Positions 15,001 through 28,113 of a stretch of 64,000 nt of DNA are shown one piece after another. A program made the position numbers and the translations under genes. Numbering within the stretch: the stretch's first letter is position 1; every line of letters starts with the position of its first letter. A model generated the notes under the pieces. That model saw nothing but the letters and a program-made list of their open reading frames with translations, searched no databases and was not told the origin of the DNA. Source of the stretch: Bilabrum cf. latius (lineage: Eukaryota); NCBI GenBank assembly GCA_965178125.1, contig OZ237758.1, forward strand, positions 496,001 to 560,000. The letters are read 5' to 3'.

Positions 15001-18000
15001 AACGCCTGAAGCGCTGCCCTCCGCCCACGACAGTGATGCGGCTCCAAGTTTGCACCAGTGACCTTGAATGATCCTGTGAGGCAGAATAGCCTGCGTTGCT
15101 GCACCAAACACCTATCTATATAGGTCCTCGGACGAGCCATAGCCTCCCAGTTGCGGTGCATCCAGCAGTATGGTGCCTGCACTCGCAGAGGTGATTCGCA
15201 CAGCTGACGTAATGACGGGACGGAAGGCACCGTCATGGGCTTGCCGCAGCTCGTCCTGCATCCCAACAGCGTACACCGTCCCACGGTGACGCGAGCCGAT
15301 CGCGTCTACCTCGTCGGGCGCAGAGATCAGCAGCCACCGGATCTGGCCGCCAAGACTGCAACTTGCATGCCCAGGTTCGTTGCAATCCATTCGCTCAATG
15401 TGCGACGAAAGAGAAGACCCAAACAAAGATTTCTGCTCCAGAATATCATTCCAATCGAAGTGGGACGCGCTATGATGCCTCGTGCCCAGGATTGGCAACA
15501 GTACCCGGAGTGTTATCAGCTCGATTTCGTCTGGAGATCCGGCGCCCTTCGAAATAGAACCTGTCTGGCCAGTATAGCTGCAATCAGCGATAACGCCAGC
15601 CGCGGCATGGCTGGGCTTTGTCTGCCACCGGTTGATGAATGGCAGCGAGCCCAGCAGGTAGCAGTTTGACCTGCCATCCGATGGCAGGCTCCAGAACCGC
15701 TCTTGCCCGCTTGACGCTTGCCAATAAAATGCAAAGCAATCCGGGACAGCGTTGCAGAAATCCTCGCATTCCTCCAAATTGCCTTTTGTATCTTGCTACA
15801 CGACGCTATCGCCATCGATGATCTCTGGGCCGACGCCGCGCTCTACAACGGAACACCGGCCCTGAATTGGGAATTCTTTGAACCTGAGGCGAACCAGTGC
15901 GACAATTCCTTTTGTAACTACAGAGGAATGAAGGGCAACAGTGGCAGGCATGTCGGTATAGTCGCACGTTCGCGTCCAAATGTCCGGCCCACCGATCGCC
16001 ACAGTGAAGCCGTAGTCGCTGCTGCCAGCTCGGTCTACATCTTGCACGTACGGTGCGGTGTAAATGTCGCTGCCGAGCGATGCAAGTGCTCTGCTGAAAT
16101 GAATATCGGCTGAGTTGTTAATGAACTCCATTTGAAACTCCTACTATCCGAGCAATGGGCCCCCAACGACAGGTACCGAACTATACGAATTTCGAGTGTC
16201 GGCTGCGAACTGCACCGGGTCGATCAAATGGCTTAGACCAGACCACGTAGTTCCGCTATCACGGCTAAGCATCCTGGCAGGTGCTTGCCCATCCTTGCCA
16301 AGCTGCACCCTTTGAATGTTGTAATATCTTCGGCCGTTGGAGGATTGCGCCTGCGGGTATGATGACAAGATCATGACGGCAGGTCCAGACTCGAGGCTTT
16401 TTGCATCTCCAAGCACAACACTTTGAAAGTCTGCCTACCAATCGGACCCGGTAGGAAGTCCAGATGGACTCGTTTGCCTGCTGACAGCAACGGGAGCCAG
16501 CGTTCGCCTCCACATTGGGCCGAGTCCCGAGCTGGCCGAGCCCTCGGATGACACCCGGCTGAAGCCAGACCACTCGACGTACTAGCGCGACAGGCTAGGA
16601 AGTGCAACAACCTGGTTTGCGATAAGAATAAAACTTGCTTCTTCATCCAAAGCTGCTTTAACCCACGTTGGTACGCTAGCCAAGGAGGCTGCAGGCCTAC
16701 CAGACGAGCTGAGCCGAGTATCGGCCCAGTAGGTTTGCCCGTGTTGCAAGCAAAGTGAGGGGTACTGTGCTGCATCGTCATCGCAAAATCGTACATGCCA
16801 TTGCCCATGTAACGAGTAAACACACTATGCCGATGGTGACGATGCAGGGAGGGGCTACGACCACGCAGTCTGATTCTGAAATCGCTGCCGCGCCAAGATG
16901 AGAGGAACCGAGGCATGGACGGGGGGCAAGCCAGAACCAACGAAGCGCAGCCAGGTCCAGTCTCGAGCAGTGCCGCCTGGTTGACGAACGATTGGCAGCC
17001 AGCACCCGCTTCCAGGTTCCGTGCACATCAGGTCAACGACAGTCGAATGTTCAAACACGCTTGCACCGCTGCCTGGCAGGGCAAATGCGAAATCATCCGC
17101 TTTGCAGTTCCTCCCAGCCGACTGACCGGACGAAGCTCCCGTTGACCGGCGGTAGCACTCTCGTGCCTGCGACCCCACAGCCGCTGCGCTATCACAGAGG
17201 GAGAAGGAGTCAAACGATACGGTGCGGGCTACCGAAACAGCATGTCTGACGTGCTCCTGTGACTCTTCTACTCGTAAACCCCGAACGCAGCCGGCACACA
17301 GAAAGCGTCCGGAAGACAACGATTGCCACTCTACGCAACTATACCGCTACTAAATGCTACTTGCATCAAAATACGTGTGGTTGATGCATGGGGTCGAACC
17401 AGAGAGCTCAGGTGCACCTATAGCTTCATCAGGCAGCCTTAGGAGGACATCTCCCGCCCTGTTCTTCGACACATCGGGCGGCCCGACGCACGCAGTCCAC
17501 ATTAGGAACATACGCGCTGCATTGCTGTCGACAGTATCAGTGCTGCGTGTACCAGACGTCAGGACTCCAAAGGCAGATGCGGCACACGCATTTCCGCCCA
17601 CTTCTAGTGCGGCAGCATATGGGGATCCAAGGCCTTGTGCCGCTGTGCTAGCTCCGGCTTCACCGTCAAGTGCCCACACTCGGCTCCCATTCAGGATCGC
17701 ACCAGCTTCTGCACTGAAGACAATTCTCGACCGGAGATCATTGCCGAGCAGTCGCCTTGCTGCAGGCGCAGGCAGCCTTGCCCCGAAAAGCAGGACCCCT
17801 TCGTGCGTCTCGTTCCCTCCGCAACCGACCACTCCACTCGCCAAGTACGGGCAGCGTACGGAGGGCTCCCGGAGCAGTTCCACTGATTGTGGCCCGTGAA
17901 GCAGGCTGGCTGTTGCGAGGGCATCCAAATCAGCAAGTGTGTCGCTGATTGCAGCCGCGAAGCCTTGGTGTGCGCTGCTGTGCGATGCTTCGCTCAAGCG

Positions 18001-21000
18001 CTCTAGCATTCGAACAGCAGGAATCGCACCCGCTGGACTCAGGGGCCACAGTTGTTCGTACTGTGGCGACTCAAGCAACAAATGGTGACCTGGAGCTAAC
18101 TGAGTCCTGAGGATGCCAGAGTTGTTCACCAGCAGGAATGCTGGCCCGACTGTTGCGCTAGGCATGCAGACGCCGTCGGACGAGCACTTGACACTCGGGT
18201 ACGCAGCCCCTGTCGCGGTTGCAGAGTACCCATGGCCTATGAACCGAGGTAATTGCCGCGTTGCACGCTGCCTGGGAGAGTCCATCAAGGGGCGGTCCAA
18301 GCCATCGCTAGAATCATGGCTGACTCGTAGGCCCCACGCAGCATCTTCCATCGTTCTGCTCGAATTTAAGCCGCCTTCAATCCAAGATTGCAAAACAATC
18401 TCGACTACCCATAGATACGGTTGTGTGTTCCCAGAGGAGCATCCAGAGTCCGTGCGCAGAATCAATTCGGTGGTCCTTGCCGCAAGTTCAGAGTCGAGCT
18501 GGCCAGTCTCTGCGGCCATCCATTGGCCAAGTCTCGCACCGCAAGCAGTCGCGTATCCAGAAAGTGCCACTTCAATACCTTGCCAAGCCTTTACCACAAC
18601 ATCGCTTGGATCAGAGGGGCGCGCGTCGAGCTCAAGCACCTAAATGGCTCCCTGCCCATCGAACGCGGACGGCGCTCCGACAGCGAGCAAGCATCCGTCT
18701 GGCCTGAGCATTGCCCCGAACTGCTCTGCAGGATAGTACGAAGTGGGCTACTTTGGCGCACAATGCAGCCATGTGACGGACTGCCCCCAATCTGCGCGAC
18801 CTCCCGTAGATTGAACTGGTGGAACGCCGTGAACTCCAGGCTCTAAAGCAAGAACTGCCGCACCCGGTGGTAGCTGAAATTCCTCGCTCAGAGTATTAAT
18901 GTATGATACTACTTTAGGGTACGGAGCGCCACTAGAGGTCGGCAGCGGCATACCACGGAGCTGGTTTGCGACGCTAGGAACTAGCATCAGCCATACTCTG
19001 CCATCGGCCGGTGTGGTTGCACTGGGCGAGCGCCCCTCGCCGATGGCTAGCACGGCAGTGTGCGGCCGCCGCGTCGCACCTCCTAGGCTCTCCTCATTGA
19101 TAGGATATGAAATAAGCGTGAGTGACAAGCTGGTAGCTAGCCAACGCCCGCCATTTTGCGTTGAACTCCAAGATTTCTGCGCGGCATCGTGCATGAGCTT
19201 CAGGTCTGCACGAGCAATCTCCAAGGATTCGAGCCCTCCTCCCATCGATGGTGGCAGTTGAGTCAGTGATCTGAGGGTAAAAACACTTTCGGAAGGCAGT
19301 CCAACACCGCTCTGGCGCTGCAGCACCAGCTGCTGAGCCACTAAGTTGGACTAGGCGTGCAATGGCTGTGTGCCCACCCACGGCAATGTCACGTCATCTG
19401 CAGGAGCTTGGACATCGGGTCTCGACATATCAATGCCACGCTCTATAGATTCAGCTGTTGTCTGTGTCCACTACCCATCTGCAGCAACCTCACAAACTGC
19501 ATGTGTCAATCCGGCAGACGTCTGGGTGCAGCTGGGCAAGTGCTGCAACTCGTTCCCGTTGCTTGTGCTGAACACCCAGCAGCTTTCGCTGTTTTCGGTC
19601 TGATCCACTGCTCCAAACCCTCCAGCATCTGACGTGGTCGATATGGGAGCCCATACATCACTGCCTAAGCACGCTTTGCACGGTGTAGGAATGTTCTAAT
19701 CCATGTCTCCATCGGAGGATAGCAGGACTGCTGGATTCAAAGGGTCGCCGTCGACACTGGCCTTGTACTCTTTGCAAGACCGACAGATGTCTCTAGCGCC
19801 TTGATTTGACCGGGACTGCAAAATGGCCACACGTCTGTTGGATCCTGCGTGAACTGGAAGCTGCAGAAGCTCGCGCAGAAAATTCAGCTCTCCAAGAGAG
19901 TCCACCGTGGCAACCTTGGCGCCTACCAGAGTGTTCTAGCATTGTACGTTGGCACTGTTGATATTCGGACTGCTCTGTACCACCCGATAACAGGACCACC
20001 GAGATCTTGGATTGTCGCCCCAAGACCACCTGCGGGTCCCTCCAAGCACCCAGTCCTAGGGGCACAGGCGAGGCGACGCGTAGGCCAGAAAGCTATCAGG
20101 GACGGGCAATGCAGCCAAGGCGCCGCCGCTAGATGATCTACAGCTGTCCCCAATCGAGCTAGAATCACCGGCAACCTCCAGTAGATCCAGTGCAGAGCCA
20201 AATAGGGATTCACTTGAATATGACCCACTCACAAGCGCGTGTACGGGATACATTGAATTCATATCGAAGTTGCGAGGGTTCATTGTTGGCCAGCTAGGAA
20301 GGCGCACAACGTTGCTGTGGCTGCCAAAGTTCGGATGACCTGCTGGCGCAGGCGAGCAGTTGCTGCTTGAGTCCAAGCCGTTGTCATGACTAGTAGGCTA
20401 AGGAAACAGCACGCACCAAGGGCATTTCAACGATACATGTGCCGCATATCCTGTGTCGGCTGGATCAATCAAGCCTGTACTCTCGAGGAGAATCTCAGCG
20501 TGCGCGAGCTGGTGGCCTGGGCTACCCGGTGCATCTGTCACATAGCTTGGCAGTGTGCTGCCGATGATAGGAAGGCCATGACAAGTCACTAGCACATCAT
20601 CCATGGAGCTATTGAGAAACACCGCGGTTGCAGACAGGCAAGCCGTCCCGCCCACTGCAACAGTTGCAGTCGGCAATCGGGGCATACTATTAGTCCGGTG
20701 ATGAGGACGACCAGCCAACCGCACCACGAAGCTCAAAGAGAGGCTGTCGCGGTCCAGTGCTACCGCGATTTTGTGACGAACTAGGCGAGTTGGGGGGTCC
20801 ACTTCCGCCCAGGAGGAGACGGTTTGGTGCCATCGACCGGTCGACGTGTATCCGCGCGTGCTCTAAGTAGAGCTTTGCACAGAGGTACTATCACTTGGTC
20901 CTAGCACCGCCACCAAAGACGAGGAATCATGCCCAAGTACCTCCGGCTACGCCCACCACCCTTCCAACTGCGGCACGCTCGAGCTCAAACGAGACTGGGT

Positions 21001-24000
21001 GGATCCCTGCTCGACAACTGGTATCAGTCTAAGCATTGCAGCGGTAGCTTGTGGAAGGAGAGCAGTATCGCTGCTAGCCCACTCCATAGCCCCGATTCCA
21101 AGCTGCATGCCGATCAACTCTATTGCATCACTGTCAGAAGCTTGTGGATCAGAGCGGACCAGGATGGTGTTGTCATGCAGCGCACCAGCCCCGCTAGAAA
21201 TCAGTGGCAGAGACACAGCCGCAGTTGCATTCAGCTTGTGCACGCCAGCCTCCGATAGACCTTCATATGCTAGTAGCGAGGCTCCGAATTGATGCGACCG
21301 CTCGTTCTCTACCTTCACGTGGCGGACATACGGCAGGCTATCCTAGGTCGACAACGCGGAATGAGAGCCTGGGCTGACGGCCAGCCGGTCCACACCATCC
21401 AAGTCAAGGGCCACGGGCACGCTAGAGCCCCTGCCTGACAGTAGCAAAGTGTCCTTGAGGGCCGAGACTCTGGCAAGCCCACAATCCAGTGCTCGAATTC
21501 CAGCCTCTGCGTTCCAGCGCTGCAGTGATTCAGAGGCCCGTGAAGCGCCCGAGGACACGCTGTACGTCTGCCCGAGCATAGAGGCCATGCGGAGGCCGGA
21601 GCCAGCCAGCTGGCACTCGTCAGTGATAGGTGATCTCCTACTTCCAGGTCGCGCAACGGCCTACACAGTGGCTCCTGATGACATGGATCCGCGTACGGAT
21701 GCATCGTACCGGGATCCGACTCCAACAGCATCGAGGGTTGCCGAATACACGGGCGCAGCAGCCACGAGGCGTTGCGGTTCAGCTGCACCAGCTAGTCCAG
21801 AGCGACCTGACGCCGATTCGAGCACGATGAGAACCGCAGCGGGCCTTTGGTATCCATCCAGTTGCATTGATGGCATCTGACACAGAGGATACCTCGTTGG
21901 ATTGGAACAGGGATTGTGGGACAATCTGTAGTTTTTATCTCCGTTCTACTGGACCAGTGGGCAACGACCAGGCTAAATACCGGAGAGTCCGACCTGATTC
22001 CCGCAGTACCATTGATACCCAGTTCCACCGTTTATCATGCCTGCAGCAATCCACGCCCATTCTGAATTCCCTGCATCTCTCAATGCTCCTGCCATGGCTG
22101 CGCGGTCGGCAAGAGTTGGTGGAGGTGAGCAAACCAAGTGGGCTGGGGGAAGCTCTGCCGGCCCCAGCGACGCACATTGCGCTTCAGCTTCTCCGAAGGC
22201 AACCTTGGCTGATCCAGCCTTGTAACAAATTGCATTGGGCTGCCCCGATGCCCCAAACCACCCGGGAGGGCACAAACTCTCCGGCGTGCTGCCATCGTCA
22301 TCCTCCGATTCATTGAATCCTACGGCCAGAACTGTGCGAGTTACCGTCTCTACGCCAAATCCGTGGATGGTGTCGTGCATGACAGGTCCTTCAGCCCCTA
22401 AGCTAAGCGGCACTGGAACGTTATCTACTCTGGCTACGAGCGCAACTGAGTGTCCGAATCCCCTCGAATGCGCAAAGGGTGGTGCCATGCGGCTAGCTAG
22501 GCTCGAGCCACTATTACCCTAATTCCAGACATACGCACCACCACTGCCTATAGATGAATTCCACGGGTTCACTCTGGATGCAGAAAGGAGTACAAAGTCA
22601 CTAATGGTGCCGTTCGCTGATGCCTGGTAGGACGCACTGAGTATGAGCACAAGGCCGTGAGAGTTGCCCGTGCCAGGTGCCCCAACAGCGAGCTCGAGGT
22701 ACGATTCGCTTGACCCAGGCGCGTGATTGTGCTGCAAAACTTCTATACTTGTTCCGAATCCCGCTGGCGCCCCACAGTCCAGCACGTTCTCAAGCACGGG
22801 GTCTGTCGGGAATCCTTGGCGGCTGCATGGCGTGAGCCTCCGAATGACAGACACGTTGTTTGCTCCGGCAGCAACGCCGTGGACGATGTCATCGCCCAAC
22901 AGCAAGGGGGAGCCAATCGAAACGCTTAAAATCAATGTCTCTCCATGAAGTAACTCTGTTGCAGCCCCTGCACCTGGTGCCCCCACAGCGACAATGGATT
23001 GTATGCCGAGGGTTGTGCCTAGGACGGAGTGTGTTCCGATTGGAAGGATACTGGCGCCAATCATGGCCTCGTCGCCGCCCGTGCTGAGTCTTCCAGACGT
23101 ACCACTGGTGATCATTGATGCGCCAATCACCTGCATGCGGGCTGTGGCAGGCGCAGACATGGTGTCACCGGGCACAGCGGCCAGCTGCAGCACCACGACC
23201 CCATCACGGGCACTTGGACCCGAAACGGACACTCCAACCATGACAACAGAGACAGTCTCTGACAGAACGACCGTGCTTTCATCTAGGGGTTGCTACCGAC
23301 CTACATGCAGTTCGAAGCCCAAGTCCCTCACGGCCGCTAGGTGAATTGGTTGACTGCGATTGGCAGCAAGAAACGCTGCGCTGCTACCGTCACGTTGGGT
23401 CGCCAGTAAATTCAAACCACTAGCAATTAACTAGGTGGCCACAGCTTTGACTCGGCCGACAACACCATCGCAGGGGTTGGAAACGCCTGAGCTCATCTCG
23501 ACTTGCGTCCTGCAGACCGCGACCTCCAGCGCGACAGTGAGGTCCAGCGAGCTTACTATTGCTTCATACTCATTGGGATTGCTACCAGGCAGAAGACCTT
23601 TCGTGCGCACCAGCGGCAGTATCAAGGGATCCGTCCTATCGACAACCAGGCTACCAGGATGCGGCTCCCCTTGCAGCTAGGGCAGGCGGTCCACGGTGCT
23701 GGTCGAAAAGTTGGCATCAGGAGCAGCAGAGCGCAGCTGCACTATTTGGAAGCAGTCGATACACACCGCATCTACAGTACCAATCACGGCTAGAGCTCCG
23801 ACTGCACCAGCCCTAGGAGTTTTCAAGGGATCTGCGTGTCCAGCCATGCATCGTGGGTCGCTGGCAGGCAGCGCAAGGCCTTGCCGCCCGACTGTGGACG
23901 CAAGCGCGGTATCGCGCCAATAGCCAACGCTGCAGCCATCCAGAACCACGTCATACGAGACAGTAACTTCGATGGACTCCGGCTTGCCAGAGTGCAAGTC

Positions 24001-27000
24001 GACCGGCAGATCACCCACGCACATCGCCCACGCCCACCCGTCGGAATCTTCCGACGGCCCAACGGACACCTCGTGCCGCCCATCTTCAAGGACAACACGC
24101 TCCTCATTTCGAATGACGCCGGGCCATGGACCCATTGCGGCAACATCGCACAAATACTTGCCTACCATAATGTGCCGAAGCTCAGCGCGGGCCCGGCGCG
24201 AGCCAAACATGGCCAACGGTGCCATGTCTTGGATTGCTTGATCAGCAGCAGCCACGTCGTCTCGTGCGAGAGGAGGCGGCCACATCCGCACAGCATTCTC
24301 ATCCATGCGGCTAGAGGCGTTCGCCATCATTGCGATCACGTCTGGCGAGAACCCTGCGAGTCTTTGGTCACCCGCTTGCCTTTGGAGAGCTCTTCGCCGC
24401 CCCACAACCTGCAAACCAGACACCTCGACTCCCTTTGGCAGGCGGAGCGCTACCACCATGCCATCTTCCAGCGCATCCAGTGATGCGACGGGCACGCTCT
24501 TCAGCGCGCTGTACTTCAGCGATAGCGGTGATTCCACCGCACGCATCAGGCGGACGGCAGACGTGTTGCCCCCTCCGGTCGCCCACGGCGAAACAATCTA
24601 ACCGTACGCTGCACTCCGAAGCACTGATCCCAGCGATCGGTCACGACTGCCAGTGGTACTGCTAGTAGCAGTACCAACTGTGGCGTTGACACCAAACTCA
24701 GCAGACGCAACCATGGATGACTCTTTTCTTCTGTCTTCCCAGGCGCCATTCAGGCGAGCGAGCATGGCTTGTACATCGCTCCTTGCAATGTGCATTGCCA
24801 TCGGAGCAGTCTCAGCTGGTAGAAGGAGCGCATGGCTACAATCGGATCCGATGGCTTCGCGTACCAGCTTCTGTTGGGCGCTGGCATGAATCAGACCGCG
24901 GGCATCGTGTCGAGGGAGCAGCACAGCCGCCTCGATCCCTCTGGATGAACAGGACCAAGGCAGCGAGCCCGAGCCGAGGATCGCACGCGCGTCACCGCGT
25001 TCCCTTGTCCAGTTCGCTGTCTCGATGGCGTTGAGCTCGCTCGGACCATTCAGCTCACGCAATGCAGGCTGGATATCCGGGATGCAGCCTGGTACCCCGT
25101 CCAGGTGCTGGAGCGGCGGATTGTTACCTCCACCGTAGCCCAGACATGGTCCACCTGCGATTGTTCTGTTCATGTTAAACGCATCGCTGATTCCATCTCT
25201 CTGCGCAGGCAAGACCTGCTGGTAGATTGGCACTGATCCGCCTGCGTGGGCCGCACCGTAGTACCACAATCCCGACATGGACACTGGCGGCGTTGCGATA
25301 GACACCTCTGGGTAGGCAACCGCTTGCACTAGTGGCGGTCCCTCGGTACCATTGGTGGCGGAAAAGGCACATGGCACTGGCATTGACCCCGGCGCAACAG
25401 CGATAACCTCAGCGAGCTGGGGACTCCAGGTGCCTTCTCCCATGGAGCCGTTGGCAACGAGATTGCCAGTCGCGGGACCTAGGCAGGGGTTTGCAATGTC
25501 TTTCCATGCCGAGATGCTGCCGTTGAGGATAAGTCCGCCCGCCGTGACCCCCATGGACCAGGTGCTCCACAGCTCGCGTTCTACATGCCGGCACCTCGGC
25601 TCCATGGATTCCAGCCACTGCTCATGGCTAATGCCCTTGGCACGTTGGTAGGTCAGGCGGGGCCGCTGCACCGGCGAACCCACACCCAGGGCAGGAGGAT
25701 GCAGCCACAGCCTGCCAGTGGCGTTGTTTCCCGAGATCGCACTCCCTGCAGAACCACCGCTGGATTGCTGCGCCTTAAGCTGGTACACCCTCCAGACCAT
25801 GCCCTCGTCAGGGTGCCCAGCGTCTGCCAGAGGTGCAAACCCGTGGACAACGCCTGAGCTCGAGAACAACGAGGCACCTGCATCCATCGGAGACGGAAAT
25901 CCGCCCACCACTTGGGGCCTGCTGCTGCCTGACATGAGCCTGAGTGTATCAATCGCTTTTCGATACAGACCCCCGAGCCCCACGCTGCCCAACGACAGAA
26001 GAGGAGTGATGGCGCTGGCAGCACTCTCCATCGTGCCATGGATCGGACGCAGGCAGAATCCAAGCCTGTTCTCTGCTGCATTGGCCTGCACCCAGTCAAC
26101 AAGGACTAGATCATTCTGCCGAAGTCTGTTCTCATCGTGGTCTTGCGCCAGAAAGTACTCTTCGTCGCCGCCGACTTTTTGATTCGACCGCACCCAAGAG
26201 GCAGGACCCACCGGTGGCGCGTCCTCGGGCAGCCCTCCTCCAGCCTGAATGCTTCCATCATCAACGCGGCGATACGGGCTGTTTCGTCCGGCCGACACGA
26301 CCCCGAGCTCCACCTTGAGTGCAACCCCGCTCTCAGGAGTGGCTCGCGCTGCCATGAATCGAGCGCCCATCAGTGTTCGCGGTGCAGCCAGAACCCCAGC
26401 GAAGTCCCCGTGGTGGCAAGCCTCCCACGAGCTGCCTCTGTCCTGTTCCTGATTAATCGACACGCACATGCTTGGATCCTCCGGCCACACGGCGGTGCTG
26501 TCTGCATCCTCCCCGCCCCCGGTGACCGAGCAGTGGCTCGGCGGGTTCACAGGAAGCGAGTGGTGCATCGCTCCCACGGCAAGCAGCACTCGCTTGCCGC
26601 GAATCACGTCTTTCATCTACCTGGAAATAGTCACGTTTGAGTTTCCTGCCACGGCAAGCGCGACGGCATCGCCGGTGGGCATGCCCTGAGAGGGCTCGAC
26701 CGGCACCTCGCTGCCGTGCACGACAATCTGCGAGCCGAAGCCCAGCACCAGTTCGTCGCCCCACGATGGAAATTCGAGAGAGGTTCTTCCTCCGCGGGGG
26801 CTGCTTCCGCTCACGCGTGACCCGTAAGGAAACCACACCGAAGGGGGAGCAAGCTGGCCCTGTCCGGTGGACGGCCTCGGTCCCTCGATGACTGCGTACG
26901 ACGCGATCACGAAGCTGAACCCGGTCTTCTGCCCTGGCTCCATGTGCTTGGTCCATCGTGCTGCAATTGTAGTGAGGAGTACTGCCCCCTTTCCATCGAA

Positions 27001-28113
27001 AAGACCAGGTGCACCCACAGCAAGCACGAACGGGCCGCGGCATCCAAACACGTCGTCGTCAGCAGCCATCAAGCTCCCGCTGCAGCCATCTTTGCCAACA
27101 TTCGCCCGGCCTGTGTCTATTAGTTGATCATCAACAAGTGCAATTGCCGCCCCAATCGCAGCTCCGTCCTGCGTGAGGCTCGATGGGTACCCGCTTTTGC
27201 CACTGTCAGATCCTGACACCAGCCGTGATGCGCGGGCTTGTACCGGAAGCAGCGGTAGCATAGAGCAGTTCCTCGAGTTGATGCTAAAAGACACAATAAC
27301 TATGCCACCTGCGCCATATCCACGCCCTCTTGGGGCTTCTGGCGAAGATAGGAGGCCACCAACCCCTGCAGCTCCGGCCCCCGGAATACCCGCCGCGAAT
27401 ACACCCGCCACCGCGTGGTTTGACCCCGAAGCCGAGTAGCGCAGCGAATCCTCTGATAAGCCTTCCATTGATTGTACTATTGCAATTGATGTCCCGAATC
27501 TGTCTCCCGGTCTGAGCGATCCCCGGAGGATCTCTGTATCGATGACGGCTCGCAGTTGGGCAGCAGCTGTCTGGTTGCTTGCTTGCCGCTGTCCGAACTC
27601 CGCGAGCAGCACTGCACCCGGCCTCTGTATAGCAGATGTTTGCATATATACTTCTCGAAGGTGGTGATTCAGGCTCGGAAGCTCGGGGAGCCCGATCAGC
27701 ATGCCGTTAGCAGGCGAGCTAGACGTCACAGGTGTACAGTTTCCAGTTCCGCCGGCTTCGCTGAATCGAGCTTCAAAGCAGTCTGGGCACCAGTATTGAA
27801 ATCCGAATTCTAGCGGGGCGATCTGACCAAGTGGATTTCGTTTCGCATCAGCGTAAGCCCGCACGTGACTGCACACGCGGCCCAGTTCTTGAACTGGGGA
27901 GGACGGCAATACACGTGCGGCCCCTTCCCTGAGCTCAGATGCGCCAAGGCACATGTCTCGCATAAAGTCGAATGTATTCGTTCGCAGAGGCGTTGTTGCT
28001 TGGCCAAGAAGTTGCTGTGCGGAAGCCCCATCGACCGTGGGGAATCCTGCAACGTCGGAAGCCTGTGCAAGTACCAGGGCTGCAACAATTGCAGCATGCC
28101 TGCAGCTCTGCAT
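1..28113 (-). CDS. Giant intronless secreted/surface multidomain protein (>=9,371 aa, 3' end beyond the window): FG-GAP/integrin-alpha-like repeats, several C-type lectin-like modules, a PAN/apple-like module, Cys-rich segments and mucin-like repeats; needs TAG as a sense codon
   Basis: Minus-strand ORFs 26617..28206, 24598..26616, 23677..24546, 22519..23241 ... 2011..3201, 1021..1581 and 565..1014 share one frame and each ends in TAG. Manual translation of the gaps found only TAG (about 79 in total) and no TAA/TGA down to base 1. An in-frame TAA lies upstream at 28207-28209. ATG 28113 gives a signal-peptide-like MQSCRHAAIVAALVLAQASDVAG (alternative ATG 28188). Motifs include GDRFGTSIA, LAVGAPGLFDGKGAVLL, GFGTSIEVL..LAVGAPGTGNSHGLVLIL, CPPGW..ICYK..EAEAQC, SWAFAARxCRRAGGLLARVDS and LEECEDFCNAVPDCFAFYW. 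Confidence 0.9.
682..835 (-). repeat. 36-bp tandem repeat (about 4 copies) encoding mucin-like SATPTPSTTSTR inside the giant gene
   Basis: Unit gtggtcgatggagtgggagttgcgcttctggtgctt repeated near-perfectly, in frame with the giant ORF. Confidence 0.95.
4162..4281 (-). repeat. Degenerate 30-bp repeat (about 4 copies) encoding NATE-containing 10-mers (N-glycosylation sequons)
   Basis: Translation STESQQESW-NATETQHESL-NATEARQKGS-NATEAQQVG; ttctgtggcattc recurs every 30 bp on the + strand. Confidence 0.85.

Noticed and set aside
1-28113. Decayed pseudogene or a cluster of many small genes
   Set aside because: Decay would produce TAA, TGA and frameshifts; only TAG interrupts a single frame over 28 kb.
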